64,000 nucleotides of DNA from positions 120,838,001 to 120,902,000 of the forward strand of contig NC_042998.1 in assembly GCF_006345805.1 (NCBI RefSeq), given 5' to 3'. The notes under the pieces were generated by a model. It saw nothing but the letters and a program-made list of their open reading frames with translations, had not been told where the DNA came from and searched no databases. The translations under genes were made by a program, and so were the position numbers. Positions 1-12,016 of this stretch are shown one piece after another; positions within the stretch are counted from its first letter, which is position 1; every line of letters begins with the position of its first letter. This stretch comes from Octopus sinensis (taxonomy: Eukaryota).

Positions 1-286
1 ATTGGAACTTATTTTATCGACCTGGAGAGGATGAAAGGCAAAGTTGACTTTAGCAGAATTTGAACTCAGGGTGTAAAGACAGACAAAATACAGCTAAGTA
101 TTTTATCCAGGGCATTAATGATTTTATCAGCTTGTCACATTCTCACCAGTACTAATAATGGTTGTTTTAATTTGGGAATAAGATCAATAATTTTGAGGGT
201 ATGGGGTTAATCGATACCATCAATCCTAGTACTGGGTGAAAGGAGATTTGAACTCAGAACACAGAATTGTAACTACAAATCTAATG

Positions 287-510
287 ATAATAATAATAAT
301 AATCCTTTATACTATAGGCACAAAGCCTGGAATTTGAGGGTGGAGATTATGTGATTACATCAGCCCCAAAGCTCAACTGGTACTTGTTCTATTGACCCTG
401 AAAGGATGAAAGGCAAAGTTAATCTCAGTGTAATTTGAACTCAGAATGTAAAGACAGAGAAAATACAGCTAAGCATTTTGTCCAGCATGCTAAGGATTTT
501 GCCAGCTCAT
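287..510 (-). mobile_element. tRNA-derived SINE, family B (head gagctggcaaaatccttagcatgctgg..., (TTA)n tail); further partial copies at 1-140 and 3150-3500
   Basis: Shares its core (ttctgagttcaaat...actttgcctttcatcc...ggccttgtgcc) with copies at 2560, 33610, 35500 and 45525; trinucleotide tail at 287-303. Confidence 0.8.
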
Positions 511-559
511 GCTGCATCCAACTTTAGACCAATAACATGCCTTCCATTAATGTAGAAAC

Positions 560-2572
560 TAATATCAGGTGCTTTGGTCAGTGAACTGTACAGATACTTG
601 GGAAAATGCAGGCTGCTACCCACTGAACAGAAAGGGTGCCGAAAAAGGAGCTGGGGAATGATAATCTAATTATCAGGAACTGCAAGAGAAGACATACAAA
701 CCTGAGCATGGCATGGGATGATTATTGCAAATCATACAATATGATACCACACTCCAGAATAATAAGAACAATGGAAATGTATGGAGTAGCAGAGAATGTG
801 AGAAGCCTTATATGGAATAGCATGAAATGCTGGACAATAGAATTGACAGCAGGGAAACAAATACTAGAAGAGGTGAAAATCAAGAGAGGAATCTTCCAGG
901 GGGACAGTGTATTCCCACAGATATTCATGCTGGGAATAATCTCCTTGAGTGAAATACTACAGAAAACAAAGTTGGGGTATGACCTAGGAAGAGGTAAAGG
1001 AAAACTAAACCACTTGCTATTCATGGATGACCTGAAGCTATTCACAAAAACCAAGACAGAACTGAACAGCCTAGTCCAGTCTGTGTGGATTTTCTCCAAT
1101 GATATTAAGATGGAGTTTGGACTCTCAAAATGTGCTACGATAGTGATGAGACGAGGAAAGCTTGCCAGAACAGAGGGTATATGGCTACCATGTGGTGAAA
1201 TGATGAAAGTAATTCAACCTCAATCCAGCTATAAATACTTAGAAATACTTGAGACAGATGGAATCAAACACCATGACATGAAGTAAAAGACAAAATGAGA
1301 GTACCTGCGGTGAGTGAGAAAAATACTGACCTCAAGGCTGAATGCCAGAAACATAATTTCGGCAATAAACTCATGTGCAGTTGCAGTAGTTCATTATGGT
1401 GCTGGAATCCTGAAGTGGACAGAGGAGGAGCTAAAGGAGATGGGCAGGAAGTCAAGAAAGCTCCTAAAGATGTATGGAGCCCATTATCCACGTGCAGACA
1501 CTGATTGCCTATACATGAAGAGAGCAAATGGAGGTATGGGACTGATAAGTGTAGATGACTGCATGCATATTGAATTCGAGAGTTTGATGAGATACCTAGC
1601 CCAAAGTAAGGAAACCTTGCTACAGACAGTTAGGAACAAGAGAGTATTGAGAACAGGAAAAAAAAGGGTAAACAAAGGAAGAAGTACAAAAAGGACATGA
1701 AGAAGAAATATACAAGAAGGGACTACACAATCAATTCCATATAACCACAACAGAAGTTGCTGGGAAAAATAGGTGGGATTGGTTGATGAAAAGAACCTTA
1801 TACAAAGAGACCAAGAGCACTATGCTAGCAGCACAGAACCATACTTTGGCCATGAACTGGAAAGTCAACCTGAGGAATGAGCAAGTATCTCCGCCATGTC
1901 ACATCTGCAATAGAGTGGATGAAACCATTGCCCATATCACAAATGAATGCCCTACACTTACCCAAAATCACTAATAGTGGCGACATGACCAGGTAGCGAC
2001 AGTGCTACATTGGAAACTGGACGAAAAGTGAGGGCTAGAGAGAGACAAGATGTGGTATGAGAACAGACTGCAGTAAGCAGCAGGGTTAAAGATAAGCAAA
2101 ATCATCTGTTTTCTGAATTCCAACAGATCAGGTGTTAGAGCATAACAGACTTCACTTAGTGGTGGTAGACAAGATGCATCACATATACTATATAGTCGAT
2201 GTTGCATGCCCGTTTGACCCACAAATAGTCAAGAAGGAAGTGGAAAAAATACATAGATACAACCCTCTTAAGTACGAAATAACCTGGCTATAGAAAATGA
2301 AGAAGGTGAAGATAGTGCCAATTATTGTTGGGTCCTTGGGAACAGTATCAGAAGACATCAAGAGGAATATAAAGGAAATTGGAATAGAGTGCCCAGTAGA
2401 ACTATTACAAAAGGTTTGCCTCCTTGGCATGACCAGAATAATCATGAAAGTATTAGATAGTTGAAAAGAATGGATTGCATGGTATTATAGGCTGCAGGTA
2501 GCAAGCCTGCTAAGCATGCAAAACTCCAGGAACTCCAACAAAACGTGTGATAAAGAGAAAATAATAATAATT
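560..2572 (+). mobile_element. 5'-truncated, frameshifted non-LTR retrotransposon, R4/Dong clade (RT + CCHC zinc knuckle + restriction-like endonuclease)
   Basis: ORF 636-1286 has RT motifs RGIFQGDS and LNHLLFMDDLKLF. ORF 1314-1700 has YMKRANGGMGL. 1783-1974 has CHICNRVDETIAHITNEC. 2140-2460 encodes IVDVACPFD...KIVPIIVGSLGTV. Ends in an (AAT)n tail. Confidence 0.9.
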
Positions 2573-2785
2573 CTTTCTACTATAGGCACAAGGCCTGAAA
2601 TTTTGCGGAAGGGGTATAGATGATTACATCGACCCCAGTGCTCAACTTGTACTTACTTTATCAACCCCAAAAAGATGAAAAACAAAGTCAACCCTGGCAG
2701 AATTTGAAATCAGATCAAGAAGACAGATGAGACGCTACTAAGCATTTTGTCTGGTGTCTTAACAATTCAGTTGGCTCATTGCTTT
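2560..2785 (-). mobile_element. SINE family B, full length, tail-to-tail with the Dong element
   Basis: Same core as 287-510; shares the ataataataatt tract with the Dong 3' end. Confidence 0.8.
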
Positions 2786-2789
2786 AACA

Positions 2790-3006
2790 ACAAATCCATA
2801 GAGCTTCAAAAGTGAGTGTGGTAGTTATTGTGATCGGTGCACTTGGGATCATCTCAAGAAGAGCAATATTCTGGCATCAAAAGCTGTAAATACCAAACTT
2901 CATAGGAAGTATTTGGTTGGCAGCAATACTTGGAACAGCTGTTGTGTTGAGAAAAGTGCTACATCTCTAAGCTGCATGGTGGAGTTCTGATAAATCAGAA
3001 CTTAAA

Positions 3007-3068
<62 letters not shown>
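2790..3068 (+). mobile_element. 3' end of a second R4/Dong-type LINE with long (AAT)n tail
   Basis: Translates VVVIVIGALG...AILGTAVVLRKVL, homologous to the C-terminus of the 560-2572 element; followed by (AAT)n at 3008-3068. Confidence 0.7.
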
Positions 3069-3070
<2 letters not shown>

Positions 3071-3142
3071 GAAGAAGAAGAAGAAAAAGAAGAAGAAGAA
3101 GAAGAAGAAGAAGAAGAAGAAGAAGAAGAAGAAGAAGAAGAA
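3008..3142. repeat. Compound microsatellite (AAT)n-(GAA)n
   Basis: Read directly. Confidence 0.95.
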
Positions 3143-3822
3143 GGTCTCAAATATTGGCACAAGGCCAGCACTTTTTTAATGGGCTTTTAGTTGATAACAT
3201 TGATCCCCAGTGCTCAACTGGTATTTGTTTTATCAACCTTAAAATGATGAAAGATAAAGTCAACCTCAGCAGAATGTAAAGAACTGTAATAAATGCCACT
3301 GATTTAGTTACAAAGCCAGTAATTTTGAGGGGGAGGGGAGTAGTTGTAACCATGAACTACCAGCAGTTGACTGGTTTATAGTTTATCAACCCTGAAAGGT
3401 TGTAAGGCAAAGTTTACCTTGACAGCATTGAAAGACTAAATGTCAGATGTTTGAATAAATACAATAAGGCATTTTTTTTTTATACTCTAATAATTCAGCC
3501 ATACAAGGACTGGTAATGCCTCCTTGTAGTACAGCTGGTGATTTCTGGAAGTTGCCAATAGTTCCCAGGTTTAATTAAATCTCTCCAGAATAGACTATTC
3601 AGTTGATCTCCAATGGTGCTTAGGGTCTCTCAAAGGATGTTGTTGCTCATACAGAATGCAAGACTTGACATAACACCAACAGCATTGCCTGTCAGGTAGA
3701 AAAGTGTGAGCACCTGACAATATACCTGATGCCAACACACCCAATCTAAATGTTCTTTTCTAAATATTTTTTGCAGCCCTTGTAGCCAATAAAGAAATCA
3801 TCATCATCATCATCATCATCAT

Positions 3823-3855
<33 letters not shown>

Positions 3856-4090
3856 AGAAGGCTAATCAATTATTTGCTTATGAATGACCTCAAGCTGTAT
3901 GAGATGCAGATGACAAACAACTGGATACTCTGGATTTTCTGCAGTGCATGTAATTCAGAAAGGAAAGTGGAAAGAAATATTGTTTGGAAAAATGCCCCAA
4001 GGCAATGTTGAAGAGAGCGAAATTAATAAAAACTCCTAATATCATGTTTGATAACAAAATAGTGGAAATGGAATTAATCTGAAAATGAAA
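3856..4090 (+). mobile_element. Degenerate R4/Dong RT fragment
   Basis: atcaattatttgcttatgaatgacctcaagctgtat = INYLLMNDLKLY, matching the LFMDDLKLF motif; follows a (CAT)n(TAC)n tract. Confidence 0.6.
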
Positions 4091-4292
4091 TTGTAAACAA
4101 AAATTAACTAAACAGATTTCAAGAAATACACTTATAGTTGTAATGGTTAAAGCTAGCCAAAGAATGTGAATGAAAGAAAGCATTAGGAAGGTAATATTCT
4201 AGATGCACTAGATTTGCCAAAAATAAAATAATTATTATCAGTACACACTTCTAGTGAAAAAAATGGTAGATGGAGTATTCTCAACAAGAAGA

Positions 4293-4473
4293 TACTGTAT
4301 TTTCTGACATGTAGTATAAACATTCAAGCACCATCACTATCTTTCCAAACCCTGCTGCATTTCACATAGAATTTTTACTCCTCCAAAGTTGACTTGGTGT
4401 ATAAATTGACTTACTTCTTTTACCTGTAAATTTTGGTTTGAAAAATTTGACTTATATGCCAAAAAATACAGTA
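4293..4473. mobile_element. Tc1/pogo-type MITE
   Basis: Terminal inverted repeats tactgtattttctgacat / atgccaaaaaatacagta with TA at both ends. Confidence 0.65.
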
Positions 4474-4725
4474 AATGAATTAGCAAGTCTAAACGGAAAC
4501 ACAAGAAAAATTGAAAACGAAGACATCAGAAGTGTTTAGTATCTAACAAGTGTGTCTGCACAAGGGACAGACTGAAGTTAGATACTTATTTGAGTCCTTG
4601 AAGTTTAGTGTTGACAAAAACTAAATGGACTTTTTAGTCAACCCATTATATAAAATAGCTTAATGTATACACACTGTTGAAAGGCCAGTTAATGTAGTAT
4701 TTGCTCTGGGATAACATCTGTTATG

Positions 4726-4873
4726 TTAAAAACAATAAATATCAGAGAGAGACAAAAATTCACGCCAGCAGCAATCAGCGAAAGCATCAGATGCATTTTA
4801 ATCATTTTGGGGCTTTTTTGCTGCTATTGTCACAAATTTTCATCTCTCTCTCTCTCTGATATTTATTGTTTTA
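4726..4873. repeat. Imperfect ~150-bp fold-back (inverted repeat)
   Basis: aaaacaataaatatcagagagaga pairs with tctctctctgatatttattgtttt; inner agcagcaa/ttgctgct also pair. Confidence 0.8.
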
Positions 4874-5368
4874 AAAATACAGTAAATCCATAAGTGTTGT
4901 TACCTCAGAACAAATATTGTATTAAGTGGCTTATCAATAGTATGTATATATTAAATATGGTACATAGATAGCTATTTTAATTAAATACTGCCTCAAGATA
5001 TAGAAATAGTTTGAAGCACTGCATACATTATATAGCGTATATTCAATACAGAAAATGCTCCTACTAAGCACTGCATTCGTCCATTAAAAACTTTTAAAAT
5101 AGAAAATAACATTACTAGGCACCACATTCTTATTACATAAAATACTCTCATTACATTATAAAGCATACAAAAAAAAAAGATAAAACACTGTACCTTCCCA
5201 GAACACACAGAGCTGTGCTCAATGCTACAGTGAAACATTATTATTAACTGGGTCTCAGTCAAGTACTGCTGTCAATTTAATTAACTAACTCTGTCCCTGC
5301 GAATTTCTGGTTTTGGGTCTATGTTAGAAACAATTATCACTAATAGGGCAGCATTAACACAGGAATTA

Positions 5369-5596
5369 TACATGAGCTGCTTCAAGTTTCATGCTCAGAT
5401 AATACAGTAATCTGATGAGCTTGTATAGCATATTGTGCATGATATTACAGTAATTTAGGTTCCAATTAAAGGGGAATGTTAAATGAGGGTGTCATTTAAG
5501 CCTAAACTATTGCCAGATGCTGCACAGATTGCTACACAAACTCTATGAGGCTGATTGATGAACAAACTAAGCATGAAACTTTAAGTAATTAGTGTA
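5369..5596. mobile_element. MITE with ~60-bp degenerate TIRs
   Basis: cttcaagtttcatgctcag...gagcttgtatagc versus the reverse complement of the right end (cttaaagtttcatgcttag...gagtttgtgtagc); TA ends. Confidence 0.6.
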
Positions 5597-6219
5597 TATT
5601 ATAACATTTGGTTCAAACCCACAGCAATGATAAAATTCAATTGCCCATGAAGCTGTGCAGAAGGATCGAACACAGGGCCTTGTAAATCCATTCAGTTATG
5701 CTGCATACATAGTCACCCCCCCCCACACACACACACACCATACTTGATTAGATTGATTCTAGTACATAGTTATCTACCCTTAGAACATTGAGCAGCCAAT
5801 TGGTCAAATCACACACCATGTTTATTTTCTTTTTTTGTTTGCTTTTTTTTTCAAATAAATCAAGGACATATTAGACAATGTTGCTTAACTCAGAGCCAGG
5901 AGGCAGGATTTTCACAACAATCCCAGAATGATGAAAGGTGAAATTTACCAGGTGGAATTTAAATGCATATTTATATGTAAAATAATTGTTTGACCTTAAC
6001 AGGATCTGGACTCAGAAAGTAAAGAGCCATAATACTATAAGATATTTTATTCGATTCTCTAAAGGTAGTGAATTCTACCAATCTGATATAAGTTCTAGAC
6101 AACCACAATGCCAATGTATTTTAGTAGACTCGACATTTTGACATTTGTATTTACAAACATTATCTCTTCATCTGATACCTTAATATCAATGATTATCAAT
6201 ATATAAAAAAAAAATTCAT

Positions 6220-6380
6220 GAGGTGTGGTTGTGTGGTTAGAAGCTTACTTCCCAGCCACATGATTCTGGATCCAATCCCACTACATGACACCTTGGGCAA
6301 GTGTCTTCTACTATGGCCTCAGGCCAACCAAAACCTTGTGAATAGATTTAGTAGATGGAAACTGAAAGAAGCCCATCATA
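6220..6380 (+). mobile_element. tRNA-derived SINE family A head; further copies near 9190, 20815(-), 27160, 27780, 29500, 36020(-), 38300, 45968, 47280, 58810, 62480(-), 63400(-)
   Basis: Shared consensus ggctgtgtggtaagaagcttgcttcccaaccacatggttccgggttcagtcccactg...ggatttggtagacggaaactgaaagaagccc with A/B-box-like segments. Confidence 0.85.
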
Positions 6381-6474
6381 TATATTTGTGCGTGTGCATG
6401 TGCATCTTTGTATCTGAGTTTAATTAATGTTATAAAAAACATTAATCAAACCCAAAGGCCTTCTTTCATTATGT

Positions 6475-8065
6475 GAAAGAAACAGCCTCAGTACACTGCA
6501 AAATAGGACCCCTCTTCCAAAAGGATGGCTCCCTCACAGATAGTTCAACAGGATCAGTGAGGTACTGAATGACCAGTTCACAAATGTCTTTACCATCCCA
6601 TTGGAACACAGACAAGTGAACAAACCAGTGGATTTCTTTGCTGCCTCAACTATAATCAGTGAGGTAGTTACGATGGAATACATCAACATTAGCGAAGAAG
6701 ATATACTACCAGCCATAGATGAGGTGGAAGCAAACTCAACTGCTGGTCCTGATGGTTTCCCAGCAATCCTCCTCAACTTGTGTAAGCATGCCCTGGCAAA
6801 ACCCCTCCAGATTCTCTTCCAGAGCTTTCTTCAAAATGGCAGAATGCCAATGAAGCTGAAGGAGAGAATAATATGCCCAATCCATAAAAGTCATGTAAGA
6901 GGTAGTCAGAGGAAAACTAATCGCATTCCTTGAAGAAAATAACTTGCTGAGTGATACCCAGCATGGCTTTCGACCAAGAAGGAGCTGTCTGACCCAGCTC
7001 TTACAGCACTATGACTGGGTATTGAGGCATTTACTCAAAAACTCAAATGTGGACGTAATATACCTTGACTTTGCAAAAACTTTTGATAAAGTGGATCATG
7101 GTATGATATGCCACAAACTGTGTGATCTTGGCAGAGCTGGAAAATTTGGAGAGTGGTTACTTAACTTTCTGAAAGATAGAAGCAGGCAGTAGTGACCAAT
7201 GGAGCCACCTCAATGAAAACACAAATAGTGAGTGGTGTTCCACAGGACAGTCTTGGAACCACTGCTTTTCATAGTGGCCCTCACAGATATGGCCTCAGCT
7301 GCCCGAATAGCCACCCTTGCTAGCTATGTAGACAATACAAAAGTCTCACAGAAAATACAGAACCCCAGCAGTGTTGCACACCTGCAGCAGGAGTTGGACT
7401 TAATTTACAGATGAGCTGAGGATAAAAATATGCAGTTTAATGTTGAAAAATTCCAAGCCTTGCACTACCAGTATCCAAAACTGAATATAAAACTTACAAG
7501 GTACACTGGTCCACAGGGGATTACAATCCCAGAGCCTAAATCAATGAGGGACGTTCAGAGCCAGAGAGAAGGAAACCATGATGGTCCTGTGGAGGACATT
7601 CGTCCTCAGCCACCTGGATTACTGCTCCCAGCTATGGTCACCCAACAGTGTGAAATTAACAGCGGACCTTGAAGCAATCTGGCAAAGCTTCACAAAGAAG
7701 ATCATCTCATTGCAACAGCTCAGCTACTGGGAAAGGCTGAAACAGCTAAGACTCTATCCCCTGGAGTGAAGGCAGCTGATGTATGCAATAATATACATCT
7801 CGAAGATCCTGGAAGGAATTGTGTCAAATTTTGGCATTGAAAGCTATACAAATGCCAGAACGTGTCGACACTGTAGAGTGCCAAAGATCCCAGTAATGCC
7901 ATCGCCCTTCAGGACCAGTTACTGCAGCAGCATGGATTTCAGGGGCTACAGCTTTTTAATATTCTCCCAAAGAGCCTGAGAGACCTACACAAAGTGAATG
8001 TAGGTGTTTTCAAATAAAAATTGGACCTCTTCCTGTCAAGAATCCCAGATGAACCTACCTCACTG
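6475..8065 (+). mobile_element. CR1-clade LINE, degenerate RT half
   Basis: STAGPDGFPAILL, QHGFRPRRSCLTQLL, YLDFAKTFDKVDH, SHLDYCSQLWSP and terminal LDLFLSRIPDEP, spread over broken frames. Confidence 0.9.
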
Positions 8066-8154
8066 ATGATAGAATAAGGGATTACCCCTTAATCTTGAAT
8101 CAATTGATATGTAATAAAACCGTTTCATGAATCTATTTCATTTATTTGCACTAG

Positions 8155-8156
<2 letters not shown>

Positions 8157-8196
<40 letters not shown>

Positions 8197-8232
8197 AACA
8201 TACATACATACATACATACATACATACATACA

Positions 8233-8268
<36 letters not shown>

Positions 8269-8275
8269 TATATAT
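8157..8275. repeat. (AC)n-(ATAC)n-(AT)n microsatellite
   Basis: Read directly. Confidence 0.95.
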
Positions 8276-8299
8276 GTGTATGTATGTGTATATGAAAAT

Positions 8300-8481
8300 A
8301 TCTATGATATGATTCCTCATTCCTGGATAATAGAATGTTTAAAGGATGGTGGGGATAGCAGAAATTATACAAATTTGAATCTAAAATGTGTGAGTAAATG
8401 GAAAACCAGAAATAGAGCTATTCGGCAGTCTTTCAGAGTGACAGCTAATCTATGTTACTTTTTGCAAGATATGAATGTATG

Positions 8482-8515
<34 letters not shown>

Positions 8516-8641
8516 TGTATGTATGTATGTATGTACGTATGTATGTATGTATGTATGTATGTATGTATGTATGTATGTACATACATATGTACACATACAC
8601 GCACGCACGAATGGATGGATGGATGGATGGATGGATGGATG

Positions 8642-8693
<52 letters not shown>

Positions 8694-9060
8694 CATGATA
8701 CCTTTACTACTGCTTCTAAGGAATAGTGAAGGATGGGTATATTATTAATGGCAGGAAGCTTAAAGTTTCTATTTATGGATGATTTAAAATTATTTATAAA
8801 GATGGAAAAATTAAATAGACTTTATTGCAAAAATTTCATAGATTAAATGGAGATATTGAAATGGAATTATGGATTAAAAATTGTGGAGTTTTAAAGAAAA
8901 TAGGAGAGGGGGAGGAGGAGGAGGTGAGGGAAAGAGAGTAATGGTGTACAAGTACTAGATAAGGAAGCCACAAAACAGATAGAAAAGACTATAAATACCC
9001 AAGTATAAGAGTTAGACATAGGAAACTAACATAAAGGAACTCTAGACTATAAGAAGACCT
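8300..9060 (+). mobile_element. R4/Dong RT remnants split by a (TATG)n(GGAT)n(AGAT)n microsatellite at 8473-8695
   Basis: YDMIPHSWIIECLK at ~8303 and KLKFLFMDDLKLF at ~8756. Confidence 0.65.
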
Positions 9061-9563
9061 CAAAATAGTTGCTCAACCTACCAGAAATAGCAGTTAAATC
9101 TCTCCCAAATCACATTCTATCACCTGAAAATAATGAGAAAAGTTACTTTGGCTACTATAATCTTTGTTATACAAAACACTTAAATAGTCTGGATGGCTGT
9201 GGAGTTTGGCTTTCCAATCACAAGGCTTGTGGTTCAGTCCCACTGAATAGCACTTTGGGCACATGTCTTCTACTATAACCATAGTAACCATAGGCTGATC
9301 AAAGCCTTGTGAGTGCTAGATGGAAACTGAAAGAAGCCCTTCATTTACATATGTATATTGTTATATCTTGGTGGGTGGATATTATGCCAATAATAAACAC
9401 ACATGCACGGGTCCTTTTTCATTACTTTTATTTTTATTAGTCAACTAACTGACCAACTGTTTGATTAATTGTTTGGTCAATCAATCAACTAGGTTTGTCA
9501 GAGTCCTTTCATTGCTATTCATGACTGCAACAATGACATACCATCTCCACTCCAGGTTTGTTC

Positions 9564-9565
<2 letters not shown>

Positions 9566-9594
<29 letters not shown>

Positions 9595-9768
9595 TGTATG
9601 TATGTATGTATGTATGTATGTATGTATGTATGTATGTATGTATGTATGTATGTATGTATGTATGTATGTATGTATGTATGTATGTATGTATGTATGTATG
9701 TATGTATGTATGTATGTATGTATGTATGTATGTATGTATGTATGTATGTATGTATGTATGTATGTATG

Positions 9769-9799
<31 letters not shown>

Positions 9800-10090
9800 T
9801 GTATGTATGTATGTATGTATGTATGTATGTATGTATTGTATGTATGTATGTATGGTATGTATGTATGTATGTATGTATGTATGTATGTATGTATTGTATG
9901 TATGTATGTATGTATGTATGTATGTATGTATGTATGTATGTATGTATGTATGTATGTATGTATGTATGTATGTATGTATGTATGTATGTATGTATGTATG
10001 TTGTATGTATGTATGTATGTATGTATGTATGTATGTATGTATGTATGTATGTATGTATGTATGTATGTATGTATTATGTATGTATGTATG

Positions 10091-10121
<31 letters not shown>

Positions 10122-10312
10122 TGTATGTATGTATGTATGTATGTTGTATGTATGTATGTATGTATGTATGTAGTATGTATGTATGTATGTATGTATGTAT
10201 GTATGTATGTAGTATGTATGTATGTGTATGTATGTATGTATGTATGTATGTATGTATGTATGTATGTATGTATGTATGTATGCATGCATGCATGCATGCA
10301 TGCATGCATGTA
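9566..10312. repeat. ~750-bp (TATG)n array ending in (TGCA)n
   Basis: Read directly; it produces the MYVC/HTYI pseudo-ORFs. Confidence 0.97.
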
Positions 10313-10429
10313 TGAATGAATGAATAGGCTTGTAAGAAATGAAGCTAATATGCTTTGCTGGATGTGTAATGTCAGTGTACATGCACGACAGTGTAAGCAT
10401 CCTGAGAGAAAAGTTGGACAGAGGTGTAG

Positions 10430-10998
10430 GAGTGGCTGTGTGGTAAGTAGCTTGCTTACGAACCACATGGTTCCGGGTTCAGTCCCACTGCGTGGCACCT
10501 TGGGCAAGTGTCTTCTACCATAGCCTCAGGCCGACCAAAGCCTTGTGAGTGGATTTGGTAGACGGAAACTGAAAGAAGCCCGAGTGGCTGTGTGGTAAGT
10601 AGCTTGCTAACCAACCACATAGTTCCGGGTTCAGTCCCACTGCGTGGCATCTTGGGCAAGTGTCTTCTGCTATAGCCCCGGGCCGACCAATGCCTTGTGA
10701 GTGGATTTGGTAGATGGAAACTGAAAGAAGCCTGTCGTATATATGTATATATATATATATGTATGTGTGTGTATATGTTTGTGTGTCTGTGTTTGTCCCC
10801 CTAGCATTGCTTGACAACCAATGCTGGTGTGTTTACGTCCCCGTCACTTAGCGGTTCGGCAAAAAGAGACCGATAGAATAAGTACTGGGCTTACAAAAAG
10901 AATAAGTCTCGGGGTTGAGTTGCTCGACTAAAGGCGGTGCTCCAGCATGGCCGCAGTCAAATGACTGAAACAAGTAAAAGAGTAAAAGAGAAAAAGAG

Positions 10999-11000
<2 letters not shown>
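10430..11000 (+). mobile_element. Young SINE family A with tandemly duplicated head (10430-10581, 10582-~10733) plus 3' module; second 3' module at 12020-12245
   Basis: Two near-identical 152-bp heads abut directly; CpGs largely retained. Confidence 0.9.
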
Positions 11001-11023
<23 letters not shown>

Positions 11024-11029
<6 letters not shown>

Positions 11030-11917
11030 GGTTCAACTTAAGGACAGAGCCGGCGACCTACTTTTGGCAATGAATCCATTGTTCTGCCAGATGCGGGTTG
11101 ATTAATTAGCTCTGAGGAAACTCCCCGACCCTTTCAGGTGAATTAGAGTTCAGTTTGTGAGAGACAGTGAGAGAAATGTTGAGGGGCTGAGGAAGACAGA
11201 TTAAGGGACTGAGGGAGATTACGGCAGAGGGAAGCGCAGAGAGAGACAAGGCAAACAGTTGGTATTTGGGAGTCAAGGCAAGCGGTTGGCAGTTTGGATT
11301 TAGCAGTCGGCATTTGGGATTGTACAGCGAGTTAGTAATGGTTTGTTCTGCTGTGACAGAGAGAGATATACAGAGGATTAGGCAGCTAATAGAGATGAAC
11401 TACATTGTGAGGCATTGGCTGATGTAACGGTATGTGTTGTGAATTGTAACATAAATTGTTGTATTGATATGTGAATTGAGTAATGAACATTGTTTATGTT
11501 GTTGATGGTTATAAAGAGAACTGTTAAAGAAAAAGAAAGACTCTGATATAGTCTTTAAAGACTGAAAAGAACTATGAACTGTATCGTTAATGTGAACTGT
11601 TGTGAATTGAACATTGATTTGTAACGTGAACTTATTTGTCTATGAACATTGTATATGCCTTTAATGTGATTTGAAACAGAACTGTTGTCTCCGGACTGTA
11701 TATTGTATCTGCATGTTTAAATGCTTTGATCTGTTGTATACCTGTTTCTTGATTTGTTGTTTTCTTGAAATGCTGTTGTTATTGCATTTGATGTGTTGTT
11801 ACTTGCATGTATTTCCTCTTTGATGTATCTGATATGTATTTGATGTTGTAACAATTATAAAGTGTTATAAACTAGTACGTTAAATGTAGGCCAATTGCCT
11901 TCGGGGGTCCCGTAACA
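11024..11917. mobile_element. Probable solo LTR (Gypsy-like), 894 bp, inserted in (TA)n
   Basis: TGTTGTGG...CCGTAACA termini (TG..CA, imperfect inverted ends), ATAT on both flanks, no coding capacity. Confidence 0.6.
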
Positions 11918-11934
11918 ATATGTGTGTATATATA

Positions 11935-12016
<82 letters not shown>

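Noticed and set aside
6220-6300. SINE heads as tRNA genes
   Set aside because: They have A/B-box-like motifs but no complete cloverleaf, and each continues into a shared SINE body.
9790-10230. Interruptions in the (TATG)n array as a higher-order or CRISPR-like structure
   Set aside because: They are mostly 1-nt indels or substitutions with no unique spacers or periodicity; consistent with slippage or long-read error.
9515-10507. 330-aa and other long ORFs (HTYI/MYVC repeats)
   Set aside because: Stop-free translations of the (TATG)n array; the same applies to the YI/CV/HT ORFs at 8127-8696, 11855-12130, 15356-15628, 17091-17411, 21699-21948, 27771-28100, 30344-30866 and 56613-57119.
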